Assembly: GCA_024637135.1 (NCBI GenBank)
Contig: JAGXFT010000018.1
Span: 1,208 to 65,207, forward strand
Direction: 5' to 3'
DNA: 64,000 nt
Origin: Nitriliruptorales bacterium
GTDB lineage: Bacteria; Actinomycetota; Nitriliruptoria; Nitriliruptorales; Nitriliruptoraceae
Shown: positions 19,364-29,497 of the stretch, piece by piece
How positions within the stretch are numbered: the stretch's first letter is position 1
Layout of the letters: each line of letters begins with the position of its first letter
Program-made: the position numbers and the translations under genes
The notes under the pieces: generated by a model
What the model was told of the DNA's origin: nothing
The model's input: the letters and a program-made list of their open reading frames with translations, nothing else
The model's database searches: none

Positions 19364-20044
19364 TCAGGCGGACAGGAGCATGTCGGCCGCAGCCCGCATG
19401 GAGTCCACCTGCCACGTGGCGATCGGGCTGCGTTCGGCGTCCGACGGCGCCACCCACATGGTGTCGATCGCGAGGTCGTGCGCGCCCTCGATGTCGGCGT
19501 GGTGGTTGTCGCCGATCATCACGGCACGGTCGGGATCCTCCCCGACCAGGGCGAGTGCGGTGGTGAACATCTCGGGCGCGGGCTTGGGTGCCGCGACCTC
19601 GTCGGCCACGACGACCCCGTGGAACAGGTCGCGGGTCCCGGACGCGGCGAGCCGGCCGTGCACCACGTCGGAGAAGCCGTTGGTCACCGCGATGACCGGG
19701 ACGACCGCAGCCAGTCGACGCAGGGCCCGCACCGCCCCCGGGAACACCGGTCCCGCCCGCCCGAGCCGGGACAGGTAGTCCGTCGACACGTCGGCCGGGT
19801 CGGCCGCCACCCCGGTCGCCTCCAACAGTTCGGCCCAGCGACGGACCCGCAACTGCTCGGCGGTGAGTTCACCACGCTCGTAGGCCTGCCAGCAGGCGAC
19901 GTTGATGCGTGCGTACACGGGTTGGACGGCGGCAAGGTCGTGCAGGCCCAGGCGGGTGGCAGTCCCGGCGAAGGCCATGGACTCGGCGGCCGGGTAGTCC
20001 AGCACCACCCCGTCCAGGTCACACAGGACCACCGCGTGCTCCAC
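19364..20044 (-). CDS. HAD-family hydrolase (YjjG-like nucleotidase)
   Basis: DLDGVVLD, VTNG, KP, MIGDN..DIEGA; GAAGGAG RBS before GTG. Confidence 0.85.
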   Translation of the reverse strand: MEHAVVLCDLDGVVLDYPAAESMAFAGTATRLGLHDLAAVQPVYARINVACWQAYERGELTAEQLRVRRWAELLEATGVAADPADVSTDYLSRLGRAGPVFPGAVRALRRLAAVVPVIAVTNGFSDVVHGRLAASGTRDLFHGVVVADEVAAPKPAPEMFTTALALVGEDPDRAVMIGDNHHADIEGAHDLAIDTMWVAPSDAERSPIATWQVDSMRAAADMLLSA

Positions 20045-20206
20045 GCCGACTCCTTCGCCTCGGACGACCGCGCACGGTAACGCCGGCCGTGCCCGTCGAC
20101 CGGCCCGCCTCGCCACCGGTGGCCCCGGTCGGTGGTCTCCATGGCCGGGCCTACGCTGTCGCGACGCCGCACGATCCGGCCCCGATCGGCCCGACAGGAC
20201 CATCCG

Positions 20207-21673
20207 ATGCCACCACCCCAGCAGACCGTCACCTACCGGTTGGCGGTGCAGAACCTGCCCGGGATGCTGACCCGGGTCACCGAGGTCATCGATGCCCACG
20301 AGGCGGTGATCGTCGGATCGGACCGGCTCGACGCCCAGCGCCACGTCATCATCCGCGCCATCAGCGTCGAGGTGCGTGACGACGTCCAGGCCGCGGCACT
20401 GGGGGCAGACCTGCAGGGCCTCGACGGGGTGGAACTCCTGGCCATCGACGACGACGTCATCGACGCCCACCTGGGCGGCAAGATCGAGATCGCCAACCGC
20501 CGTGCCGTCGACAACGCCCACGACCTGTCGCTGGTCTACACCCCCGGCGTGGCCAAGATCTGCCGCGCGATCGCGGCCGACCCCGTGGAGGCCTACCGCC
20601 TCACCATCAAGTCCAACGCGGTGGCCGTCGTGACCGACGGGTCGGCGGTGCTGGGCCTTGGCGACATCGGGCCGCTGGCCGCCCTGCCGGTGATGGAGGG
20701 CAAGGCGATGCTGTTCAAGTCCTTCGGGGACGTCGACGCGTACCCGATCCTGGTCGACGACCAGGATCCCGACACCTTCGTCGACACCGTGGCCCGCATC
20801 GCCAGCGGGTTCGGCGGCATCAACCTCGAGGACATCGCGGCGCCGCGCTGCTTCGAGATCGAGGGGAAACTGCGCCAGCGCCTCGACATCCCGGTCTTCC
20901 ACGACGACCAGCACGGCACCGCGGTCGTCGCGCTGGCCGCGTTGCTCAACGCCGCCATCGTCGTCGACAAGCCACTGGCGGACCTGCGCGTGGTCATCCA
21001 GGGCATCGGGTCCGCCGGCGTCGCCATCGCCAACCTGTTGGCCGCGGCCGGCATCACCGACCTGGTCGGCGTCGACCGCGACGGCATCATCCAGCCCACG
21101 CGTTCCAAGGGCCTGGACCCGATCCGACGTCGCCTCGCGAAGCAGACCAATCCACGTGGTCTGGTCGGTGGGCAGCGGGAGGCGCTGGGGGGCGCGGACG
21201 TGTTCATCGGGGTCTCCGGGCCCGAGTCGCTGCCGGTGGCCCACCTGGCCGTCATGGCCCGCGACCCGATCGTGTTCGCCATGGCCAACCCCACCCCGGA
21301 GATCCACCCCGACGTCGCCGCCGACCACGTCGCCGTGATGGCCACCGGCCGGTCGGACTTCCCCAACCAGATCAACAACGTGCTGTGCTTCCCTGGGCTG
21401 TTCCGCGGGCTGCTCGACGCCGCCGCGACCAAGGTCACCGACGAGATGAAGGTGGCCGCGGCCGAGGCCATCGCCGCCATCGTCGGCGACGACCTGGCGG
21501 CCGACCACGTGATCCCGTCGCCGTTCGACCGCACGGTCGCGGCCCGGGTGGCATCGGCGGTCGCCGACACCGCACGTCGCCAGGGTCACGTCCGTCCGGG
21601 CTCGCGCGGGTCGTTGGAGGAGGAAGCAGCGGCAGCCGCCCACGCATCGGCCCGCCGACGCATCGCGGACTGA
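20207..21673 (+). CDS. NAD(P)-dependent malic enzyme with N-terminal ACT domain
   Basis: [43 protein letters not shown]. Confidence 0.92.
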   Translation: MPPPQQTVTYRLAVQNLPGMLTRVTEVIDAHEAVIVGSDRLDAQRHVIIRAISVEVRDDVQAAALGADLQGLDGVELLAIDDDVIDAHLGGKIEIANRRAVDNAHDLSLVYTPGVAKICRAIAADPVEAYRLTIKSNAVAVVTDGSAVLGLGDIGPLAALPVMEGKAMLFKSFGDVDAYPILVDDQDPDTFVDTVARIASGFGGINLEDIAAPRCFEIEGKLRQRLDIPVFHDDQHGTAVVALAALLNAAIVVDKPLADLRVVIQGIGSAGVAIANLLAAAGITDLVGVDRDGIIQPTRSKGLDPIRRRLAKQTNPRGLVGGQREALGGADVFIGVSGPESLPVAHLAVMARDPIVFAMANPTPEIHPDVAADHVAVMATGRSDFPNQINNVLCFPGLFRGLLDAAATKVTDEMKVAAAEAIAAIVGDDLAADHVIPSPFDRTVAARVASAVADTARRQGHVRPGSRGSLEEEAAAAAHASARRRIAD

Positions 21674-21691
21674 CCACGACCAACGACTGGT

Positions 21692-22072
21692 TCAGTTCAT
21701 CGGGCGCACGGCCAACTGGTCGCGGATCTCGGCCAGCAGGGTGGCCTCCTCCGTGCGAGCGGTCTCGGCCTCGACCTCCTCGGGGTCCGGACCCTTCATG
21801 CGGTTGTAGGCCTTGATGACGAAGAACAGCGCCAGCGCCACCAGCAGGAACTGCACGATCGCGGTGATGACGATGCCCAGCGAGGCCTGCCCGTCGAGGA
21901 ACACCCCGACTTCGTCGAAGTTGGGCTTGCCGAGGATGTAGCCGATGATCGGCATCAGCAGGCTGTCGACGATCGCGCCGATGACGGGGGCGAAGGCCGC
22001 ACCCAGGACGACGGCGACCGCCAGGTCGATCACGTTGCCCTTGTTGATGAAGTCCTTGAATTCCTGGATCAT
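21692..22072 (-). CDS. mscL: Large-conductance mechanosensitive channel
   Basis: EFKDFINKGNVIDLAVAVVLG, LLAEIRD. Confidence 0.95.
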   Translation of the reverse strand: MIQEFKDFINKGNVIDLAVAVVLGAAFAPVIGAIVDSLLMPIIGYILGKPNFDEVGVFLDGQASLGIVITAIVQFLLVALALFFVIKAYNRMKGPDPEEVEAETARTEEATLLAEIRDQLAVRPMN

Positions 22073-22192
22073 GGGGGAGGTTCTCCTGGGGCGGATGTGG
22101 GTGACCTGTGGAGGGGTCAACCGAGACACTAGTCATCGACGGCCGCGCGCCTGACGACCACTCTGCGCGGGCCGGGCTTCCGATGCCCGTCA

Positions 22193-22939
22193 TCAGCCGT
22201 CGTGATCTCCCAGTGCACGTCGTGCACGGGAGCCGAGGCCGTCGAGCCAGCCCGCGACCGTTGGCACGACGTCGGCCACGACCTCCTCGACCCGATGGGT
22301 GCGGCCGTCGACGGCCCGCGTGCGCGGCACGTGCAGGCCGTGGTCGGCACCGGCGACGCCCACCACGCGGGCAGGTGCACCGGCCCGGGCGAGGTGGGGT
22401 CGCAGGTCGTCGAAGCCACCGAACGGGTCGTCGGTGCCCTGCACCACCAGCATCGGCACGACCACGTCGGACAGGTGGGCGACGCGCAGGCGGTCGGGTC
22501 GCCCGGGCGGGTGCAGCGGGTAGGACCAGCACAGCACCCCGGCGACGTCGATCCCGGCGGCCGCGACCAGGCTGGCGACCCGCCCGCCGTATGAGGCCCC
22601 ACCGAGCACCCACGGCCGGTCCGGTTCGGCCTCCACGACGGCCTCCCAGGTCGCACGGAGGTCGTCGATGCTGGCCTCGGCGCGTGGTGGCGGGCCGCTC
22701 GACCGGCGCTGGCGGTACCCGAGGTTGACGCGCACGACCGGGTGGCCGTGGGACGCCAGACCGGTCGCCGCAGCCACCAGCACCGGTGCGTCGAGGTCGC
22801 TGCCGGCGCCGTGGGCGAGGACCACGCCCGTGCGGGTCGGGTCGGCCGGTGCCGGGTCGTGCCATGCGGCCGCCACGGCCCGGGGGTCGCCACCACCACG
22901 CACGATGGTGGTCCGTCGCGACGCGGCGTCCGGGGGCAT
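22193..22939 (-). CDS. Alpha/beta hydrolase (KANL3/Tex30-like)
   Basis: LAHGAG, GASYGGR nucleophile elbow, YPLHPPG, QGTDDPFG, GADHG. Confidence 0.85.
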   Translation of the reverse strand: MPPDAASRRTTIVRGGGDPRAVAAAWHDPAPADPTRTGVVLAHGAGSDLDAPVLVAAATGLASHGHPVVRVNLGYRQRRSSGPPPRAEASIDDLRATWEAVVEAEPDRPWVLGGASYGGRVASLVAAAGIDVAGVLCWSYPLHPPGRPDRLRVAHLSDVVVPMLVVQGTDDPFGGFDDLRPHLARAGAPARVVGVAGADHGLHVPRTRAVDGRTHRVEEVVADVVPTVAGWLDGLGSRARRALGDHDG

Positions 22940-24249
22940 CAGGACTCGCCGTCGACGGTCGCCGCCACCTCGGGTTCGACCAGGTCTGCGGGCACGTCCT
23001 CGTCGTCGGACGACGACGACTCGCCCGATGGGTGTGAGCCCACCTGGTCCTCGATGCCATGGGTGCTGGGCACGCTGCCGGCACCCAGGTCCAGCAGGCG
23101 CGCGATGGGGCGGCCGGTCAGGCCGTACACCGCAACCGTCATCAGGATCACCAGGAACGTCGCGGGGACCAGGTCCTCGGCCCCACCCAAGCCCAGGTCC
23201 TCCAGGCCCGAGCCGAACACTGATGCCGTTGCGGCGGCCACGATCCCCCGTGGGGCCATCCAGCCCACGAACCCGCGTTCCCGCCGGCTGAGGTCGGAGC
23301 CCAGCGAGGTGATCCACACGACGACGACGCGCAGCACCACCAGCACCGCGACCACGATCGCGACCGGCCCGACCAGCGCGGCCAGGTCGCCCAGGTCCAG
23401 GCGCGCCGCCAGCACGATGAACAGCACCGACGTCAACAGGACGCCCAGCGTCTCCTTGAAGCGGGCGACCCGGGACATCGACACGACTCCCTGGTTGGCC
23501 AGTGCGACGCCCAGCACGATCGCCGCCATCAGGCCGGCCTCGTGCCGCACCAGGTCAGCGGCGACGTAGGCGGCCACGATGGCGGCCAGCGACGTCAGGG
23601 ACGCGAGGTGCTCGTCCACGGCCTCCCACCGCAGCACCAGGACCAGCACCGCGGCCACGGCCAACCCCACCAGCGATCCGACCAGGAGCGTGAGGCCGAC
23701 CTGCAGCAGGGTGTCGATCCCGATCGAGCCCTCGCCCGCGAGCACGGTGTCGTAGACCAGCAGGGCCAGTGTGGCCCCGACCGCGTCGATGAACACGCCC
23801 TCCCACTTCAGGATGGACTCGACGGGGCCGCCGACGCCGATGAACCGCAGCAGCGGCACGACCACGGTCGGCCCGGTCACGGTCAGGATCGACCCGAACA
23901 CCAGCGCGACGGGCAGCGACATGCCGAGCACGTAGTGGCCACCGGCGGCGCCGCCGACCGCGGTCAGCAGGACGCCCCAAACCAGCAGGCGCCGGACCAC
24001 GGCCGACACGTCGCCACGCAACTCCCGGAAGTTGAGCATCAGCCCACCCTCGAACAGGATCACCGCGACGGCGAGGTCGACCCCGTCGAACAGGAGGTCG
24101 CCGAACAGCTCGTCCGGTCGGATCAGCCCCAGCCACCCGCCGACGCCCAGCCCGAGCAGCAGCAGGACCAGGATCGCTGGCGCGCGGACGGCACGCGCGA
24201 GCAGCTGGCCGACGATGGCCAGGACGATGATGAGGGCGAGAGATTCCAC
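22939..24249 (-). CDS. CPA1 (NhaP-type) cation:proton antiporter
   Basis: ILFEGG, VTGPTVV, KWEGVFIDAVG, MAPRGIVAA; about 12 TM segments. Confidence 0.9.
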   Translation of the reverse strand: MESLALIIVLAIVGQLLARAVRAPAILVLLLLGLGVGGWLGLIRPDELFGDLLFDGVDLAVAVILFEGGLMLNFRELRGDVSAVVRRLLVWGVLLTAVGGAAGGHYVLGMSLPVALVFGSILTVTGPTVVVPLLRFIGVGGPVESILKWEGVFIDAVGATLALLVYDTVLAGEGSIGIDTLLQVGLTLLVGSLVGLAVAAVLVLVLRWEAVDEHLASLTSLAAIVAAYVAADLVRHEAGLMAAIVLGVALANQGVVSMSRVARFKETLGVLLTSVLFIVLAARLDLGDLAALVGPVAIVVAVLVVLRVVVVWITSLGSDLSRRERGFVGWMAPRGIVAAATASVFGSGLEDLGLGGAEDLVPATFLVILMTVAVYGLTGRPIARLLDLGAGSVPSTHGIEDQVGSHPSGESSSSDDEDVPADLVEPEVAATVDGES

Positions 24250-24270
24250 GGACGGGCCCGGTCGCGGGAA

Positions 24271-24330
24271 GAGGTCGGCCCAACGGGACCTGCCCGAAGG
24301 GTATTCCGGTCCGACGTGTCGACACCCGTC
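24271..24330 (-). promoter_or_regulatory. Candidate nhaA-I (Li+/Na+-responsive) riboswitch-like leader
   Basis: Minus strand GGGTG...GGCAGGT-CCC-GTTGGGCCGACC directly upstream of the antiporter; resembles the nhaA-I consensus as recalled, not searched. Confidence 0.45.
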
Positions 24331-24414
24331 AGCGCTGGCACCCGGTTAGGGTTGGCGAGACGCGGGCCAACGGACGGGGCGGTCCGCGCCGGCCACGACC
24401 CAGGGGTGCTGCCA

Positions 24415-25041
24415 ATGGCCTATCCACAGCGGCTGCTGACCGACGACGAGGAGGTCCTGCGGGAATTCCACGCCCACTGGCGCGTGCTGCTGCCACCGAT
24501 CGGGATCGCACTGGGACTGGTGGTCGTCGCCAGCCTGGTCACGGCATTCGCCGGAACAACCATGGTCGGGGCCGTCACCCTGCCCACGGTGGCGTGGGTG
24601 GTGGCCGTGGTGGTCGGCATCGCGGTCTTCGTCCGCCCGGCCATCACCTGGTGGTACACGCGGCACATCCTCACCACGGAGCGGATCATCGTGCGCCACG
24701 GCGTGGTCTCGCGCAGCGGGGTCGAGATCCCACTCGAGAACATCAACAACGTGCACTTCAACCAGTCCCTGGTCGAGCGCATGCTGGGCTACGGGGACGT
24801 CCTGTTGGAGTCGGCCGGTGCCACCGGCCAGTCCCGGTTGGCCGACATCCCCGACCCGGAACAGTTCCAGTCCCAGATCTACGCCGCCCGCGAGACCCGG
24901 GTGCTCGCGCTGGAGTCCGGCGGGCGTTCGGTGCCGCGGGACCTCCCCGCGCAGTTGCAGACCCTGTCGGACCTCCACGACGCCGGCAAGCTCAGCGACG
25001 CGGACTTCGAGACCCAGAAGCGCCGCCTGCTCGACACCTGA
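24415..25041 (+). CDS. Membrane protein with bacterial PH (bPH_2) domain and C-terminal SHOCT
   Basis: LTTERIIVRHGVVSR, QSLVERMLGYGDV, LSDLHDAGKLSDADFETQKRRLL. Confidence 0.85.
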   Translation: MAYPQRLLTDDEEVLREFHAHWRVLLPPIGIALGLVVVASLVTAFAGTTMVGAVTLPTVAWVVAVVVGIAVFVRPAITWWYTRHILTTERIIVRHGVVSRSGVEIPLENINNVHFNQSLVERMLGYGDVLLESAGATGQSRLADIPDPEQFQSQIYAARETRVLALESGGRSVPRDLPAQLQTLSDLHDAGKLSDADFETQKRRLLDT

Positions 25042-25071
25042 ACCGTCGTCGCCGTCGCTGCGGCGCGCTGG

Positions 25072-25842
25072 TCACAGCCCGCGGACGGCACCCCCGTCGA
25101 CCCGGATCGCCGACCCGGTCACGTAGCTCGCCGCGGGTGACAACAGGAACGCCGCGACCGCACCGAGTTCTGCGGGCTCGCCGATCCGACGCAGCGGGAT
25201 GCCGGCCGCACCGGCAGCGCGTTCCTGTTCGGGCGTGGTGTCGTTGGCCGCGGCGCGGGCCTCGTACAGCTCGGCCAGGCGGTCGGTCCCGAAGCGACCG
25301 GGCACCAGCACGTTGACGCGCAGCCCGCGTGGGCCGACCTCGTCGGCCAGCATCTTCGCGTAGCCCCACACGGCAGGCCGGGCGATGTTGGATCCGGCGA
25401 TCCCGTCGATCGGTTCCAACGACGAGGTCGACGTGAGCACGACAAGGCTGGCACCGTCCTCCAGCACCGTCCCCAGGTGGTGCAGCAGTCGGATCGGACC
25501 CGCAGCAGCAACGTCCAGCGATCGCTGGAGGGTCTCCTCGTCCAGCCCCAGCGCGCTGGAGGGGGGCGGGCCCCCGTGCGACACGAAGGCGCCGTCGAGC
25601 CGACCGAAGGCGTCCATGGCCCCGGCGACCAGCGCCGCGGGCGCACCGGTGTCGGTCAGGTCGGCGACCACGCCGACGGCGGCATCCCCCAGTTCGGCGG
25701 CCACCCGCTCGACGTCCGCCGCGGTCCGGGCCGCCACGACCACACGGGCGCCCTCGGCCACCAACGCCTCGGCGACCGCGCGCCCCAGTCCGGACGTGGA
25801 TCCGGTCACCACGAAGACGCGCTCGGCCAGGTCCAGGTCCAT
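25072..25842 (-). CDS. SDR family oxidoreductase
   Basis: TGSTSGLG, GGPPP, SNIAR, PGRFGTDR, YVTG..VDGG. Confidence 0.9.
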   Translation of the reverse strand: MDLDLAERVFVVTGSTSGLGRAVAEALVAEGARVVVAARTAADVERVAAELGDAAVGVVADLTDTGAPAALVAGAMDAFGRLDGAFVSHGGPPPSSALGLDEETLQRSLDVAAAGPIRLLHHLGTVLEDGASLVVLTSTSSLEPIDGIAGSNIARPAVWGYAKMLADEVGPRGLRVNVLVPGRFGTDRLAELYEARAAANDTTPEQERAAGAAGIPLRRIGEPAELGAVAAFLLSPAASYVTGSAIRVDGGAVRGL

Positions 25843-25881
25843 GGGATGCTCCGCTCGTCCGTGCTCCGACGGACGACGACC

Positions 25882-26048
25882 CTAGGTGGCTGGTGCCGAA
25901 CGTGTTGTGCGACCGGCGCAGGACAGGTCGTCGCTGGCAAGGAGACGGTCCGAAGGCAATGCGGGGTCCATTGACGAGGATCGGCGACGCGGTCAGCGGC
26001 GGCATGGACCAGCCGGGCGTGTGACAGAGTTTGGCACCAGTCACCTGG
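25882..26048 (+). ncRNA. Candidate rod-shaped structured RNA (6S-like geometry)
   Basis: Six nested helices (about 56 bp, 11 G.U pairs on the + strand) separated by purine-rich internal loops; hand-folded. Confidence 0.55.
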
Positions 26049-26220
26049 CCATCCTGCGCGCCCCCGCCGCAGGTCCGTCGGCCACCGGAACACCCCACCG
26101 GCCGGGCACGTTCGCCAGTCCACGCCCCGCCGGGCCGTCGCCACCGGCCGCGAGCCGACCCGGCCGTGTCCCCACGCCCGAGCGGCGCGACCGGCACACT
26201 CGCCGGTGGAAAGGACCCGC

Positions 26221-28098
26221 ATGCCTCCCGGATCTGGTTTCGGCGCATGGCGCCTGCATGGGCTGGGCGACCCCGACGGACTGGGCGACCGGCCGCTGGA
26301 CCGCGACACCATCCGGCGGGCGTGGGGGCTGGCACGGCCCTTCCGGCGTCGGCTGGTCGGCTACCTCGTCATCATCGTGGTCGCCGCGGGCCTGGGGGCA
26401 CTGCCGCCACTGTTGATCCGCACCATCCTGGACGAGGCGATCCCCGACGGCCGCCTCGACCTGCTGTACCTGGTGGCCGGCGGCATGGTCGCGGTGGCGG
26501 TGGGGATCATGGGCCTGAGCCTGGTGGAGCGATGGCTGTCGTCCAGCATCGGGGAGCGCTTCATCCTCCGGCTGCGGACGCTGCTGTACGGACACGTCCA
26601 GCGGATGCCGGTGGACTTCTTCACCCGGACCCGGACCGGCGCCCTGATCACGCGCCTCAACAACGACGTGATCGGGGCCCAACGCGCGTTGACCGGCACG
26701 CTGGGCGGCATCGTCGACAACATCATCTCGGTCGGCGTGACGATGGTCGCCATGGTCCTGCTGGACTGGCGGATCACCCTGTTGGCGCTGGTCCTGCTGC
26801 CGCTGTTCGTGCTCCCGGCCCGGCTGGTCGGCCAGAAGTTGCAGGAGATGTCACGCGAGGCGATGGCGCTCAACGCCGACATGAACTCGGTCATGACCGA
26901 GCGCTTCAACGTGTCCGGGGCGATGCTCGTCAAGCTCTTCGGCCGCGGGGACCAGGAAGTGCAGGTCTTCGAGGACAAGGCCACCCGCGTGGCGGAGATC
27001 GGCATCCGGCAGGCGATCCACGGACGCATGCTGTTCGCGTCGCTGGGGCTGGTGGGGTCGCTGGCCACCGCGCTGGTGTACGTCCTTGGCGGTCGCCAGG
27101 CGATCGCCGGCACGCTCGAGCCCGGCACGGTCGTCGCCCTCGCGCTGTACGTCACCCAGCTGTACGGCCCGCTCGCCCAACTGTCCAACGCGCGGGTCGA
27201 CTTCATGACCGCCCTGGTGAGCTTCGAGCGCGTCTTCGAGGTGCTGGACCTGCCCCCCGCGATCGTCGAGGCGCAGGACCCGACCCCGCTGGCGGCGCCC
27301 CACGGCGACGTCTCGCTGCGCGACGTGTCGTTCCGCTACCCGGCGGCGGCGGGGTCCAGCCTCGCGTCGCTGGAGGGTGCCCAGCCGGCCCACGGCGGCG
27401 ATGCCTCCGACTGGATCCTGCGCCACGTCGACATCGACGCCCCGCGTGGCACGATGACTGCCCTGGTCGGCCACTCCGGCGCGGGCAAGACCACGCTCGC
27501 GATGCTGTTGCCGCGGCTCCACGACGTCACCGAGGGCGCGGTCACCATCGACGGCATCGACGTCCGCGAGCTGTCCTTCACGGACCTGTCGCACGCGATC
27601 GGCGTGGTCACCCAGGACCCCCACCTGTTCCACGACTCGATCGCCAACAACCTCCGGTACGCCGCGCCGGAGGCCACCGACGACCAGTTGGTGGCGGCCT
27701 GTCGGGCGGCCCGCATCCACGACGTGATCACCGGACTCCCCGACGGCTACGACACGATCGTGGGTGAACGTGGTCATCGTCTCTCGGGGGGCGAGAAGCA
27801 GCGGGTGGCGATCGCCCGCGTGATCCTGAAGGATCCGGCCGTGGTGGTGCTGGACGAGGCCACCGCACACCTCGACTCGGCCTCCGAACGCCAGGTGCAG
27901 GCCGCGCTCGCCGACGTGCTGGCGGACCGGACGTCGGTGGTGATCGCCCACCGGCTGTCGACCATCGTCGACGCCGACCAGATCCTGGTCATCGACGACC
28001 ACCACGTGGTCGAACGGGGCACGCACGCCGAACTGCTGGCCCGGGACGGCCAGTACGCCGACCTCGCACGGACGCAACTCGCGGCCGCGGCCCCCTGA
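26221..28098 (+). CDS. ABC exporter, fused permease/ATPase (MsbA-like)
   Basis: 6-TM domain, GHSGAGKTT, LSGGEKQR, LDEATAHLD, IAHRLST. Confidence 0.92.
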   Translation: MPPGSGFGAWRLHGLGDPDGLGDRPLDRDTIRRAWGLARPFRRRLVGYLVIIVVAAGLGALPPLLIRTILDEAIPDGRLDLLYLVAGGMVAVAVGIMGLSLVERWLSSSIGERFILRLRTLLYGHVQRMPVDFFTRTRTGALITRLNNDVIGAQRALTGTLGGIVDNIISVGVTMVAMVLLDWRITLLALVLLPLFVLPARLVGQKLQEMSREAMALNADMNSVMTERFNVSGAMLVKLFGRGDQEVQVFEDKATRVAEIGIRQAIHGRMLFASLGLVGSLATALVYVLGGRQAIAGTLEPGTVVALALYVTQLYGPLAQLSNARVDFMTALVSFERVFEVLDLPPAIVEAQDPTPLAAPHGDVSLRDVSFRYPAAAGSSLASLEGAQPAHGGDASDWILRHVDIDAPRGTMTALVGHSGAGKTTLAMLLPRLHDVTEGAVTIDGIDVRELSFTDLSHAIGVVTQDPHLFHDSIANNLRYAAPEATDDQLVAACRAARIHDVITGLPDGYDTIVGERGHRLSGGEKQRVAIARVILKDPAVVVLDEATAHLDSASERQVQAALADVLADRTSVVIAHRLSTIVDADQILVIDDHHVVERGTHAELLARDGQYADLARTQLAAAAP

Positions 28099-28218
28099 GA
28101 CGACGACACCGGGTGGCGCGACCGTGGTCGCCGTCGCACCGCTGGGGCACCATGTCGTCATGGGGCACCCCGCACCCCACCACCACAACCACCCCGACCC
28201 CGACCCGACGAGGCACGC

Positions 28219-29409
28219 GTGGCCGACCACTCCTGGATCGTGATGGACCTGGACCCGGACCTGCTGGACCGGGTCGACGGCTACCCCACCATCGGCCACC
28301 TCGACGAGGATCCCCCCACCGACCTGACCGTGCGCCAGGCGACCCTGTCCGACGACGAGGCCGCCGACCACCGCCGTCGGCCCGGGCGCCTGGTGGCCGA
28401 GTCGATGCCGTTGACGCTCATCGAGCCGGTCACGTCGACCGATGTCGCGGCCGACGCGCTGGCGGGCCCGACGTGGGGCGTGGTCGCCGTTGGTGCGGAC
28501 ACCTCACCACTGACCGGTGACGGGATCACGGTGGCCGTGCTGGACACCGGGATCGACGTGGACCATCCGGCGTTCACCGGCCTCGAGGTGGTCGAGCGCG
28601 ACTTCACCGGCAGCGGCAACGGCGACACCAACGGGCACGGCACCCACTGCGCCGGCACGATCGCGGGTCGCGACGTCGACGGGACCCGGATCGGGGTCGC
28701 CCCGGGCATCCCCCGCCTGCTCGCCGGCAAGGTGCTGGGTGACGGTGGCGGCGGGACCGACCTGATCGCCGAGGCGATCCAGTGGGCCGTCGACGAGGGC
28801 GCCAGCGTGTTGTCGATGTCGCTTGGCATCGACTTCCCCGGCTTCGTGGCCCGCATGGTCGACCGCGGCCTGCCGGTCGAGGCGGCCACGTCCCGCGCGC
28901 TCGCGGCCTACCGCGACAACCTGCGCCTGCTGGAGGCGTTGTCGGCCTACGTCCGGGCCCAGTTCCGCTTCGGGGAGTCGGGGATCCTGGTGGCAGCCGC
29001 GGGCAACGAGAGCCGCCGCGACGCCCCGGACCCCTACACCATCGACGTGGCTCCACCGGCCGCATCGCAGGGGTTCGTGTCGGTGGCCGCACTGGGCCGA
29101 GCGGATGCGGACGACCCGGACGGCGGGTTGACGGTCGCGCCCTTCTCCAACACCGGCGCGATGGTGGCGGCCCCGGGCGTGGACGTCGTGTCGGCGGCGG
29201 CGGGCGGTGGCCTGCGCAGCCTGAGCGGCACGTCGATGGCCACGCCGCACGTGGCCGGCGTGTCGGCGCTGTGGGCCCAGCGACTGCTGGAGGACGTCGG
29301 GATCGTCGACCCGTCGCTGCTCGCGGACCGCGTGGTCGGCACCGCCCGCACCGTGCCGGACGTCACCTTCCCGGACGGCGGGGCCGGGTTGGTCACGGCG
29401 CCCGCCTGA
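28219..29409 (+). CDS. S8 subtilisin-like serine peptidase, no signal peptide
   Basis: VLDTG, HGTHCAG, AAAGN, SGTSMATPHVAG. Confidence 0.92.
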   Translation: MADHSWIVMDLDPDLLDRVDGYPTIGHLDEDPPTDLTVRQATLSDDEAADHRRRPGRLVAESMPLTLIEPVTSTDVAADALAGPTWGVVAVGADTSPLTGDGITVAVLDTGIDVDHPAFTGLEVVERDFTGSGNGDTNGHGTHCAGTIAGRDVDGTRIGVAPGIPRLLAGKVLGDGGGGTDLIAEAIQWAVDEGASVLSMSLGIDFPGFVARMVDRGLPVEAATSRALAAYRDNLRLLEALSAYVRAQFRFGESGILVAAAGNESRRDAPDPYTIDVAPPAASQGFVSVAALGRADADDPDGGLTVAPFSNTGAMVAAPGVDVVSAAAGGGLRSLSGTSMATPHVAGVSALWAQRLLEDVGIVDPSLLADRVVGTARTVPDVTFPDGGAGLVTAPA

Positions 29410-29497
29410 CCGGCCCACCCACCCGGACGGGCGGACCCGGCGCGGACAGCGATCACCGCGGGCGCACGTGGGACCGGGTTTCGGGCACCCTGCAGCC

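Noticed and set aside
25940-25965. SRP RNA helix-8 motif in the rod-shaped element
   Set aside because: Lacks the CAGG..GNRA..AGCA symmetric-loop consensus.
26030-26046. Sigma-54 -24 element TTGGCAC
   Set aside because: No -12 TTGC; the sequence is explained as the 3' arm of the long inverted repeat.
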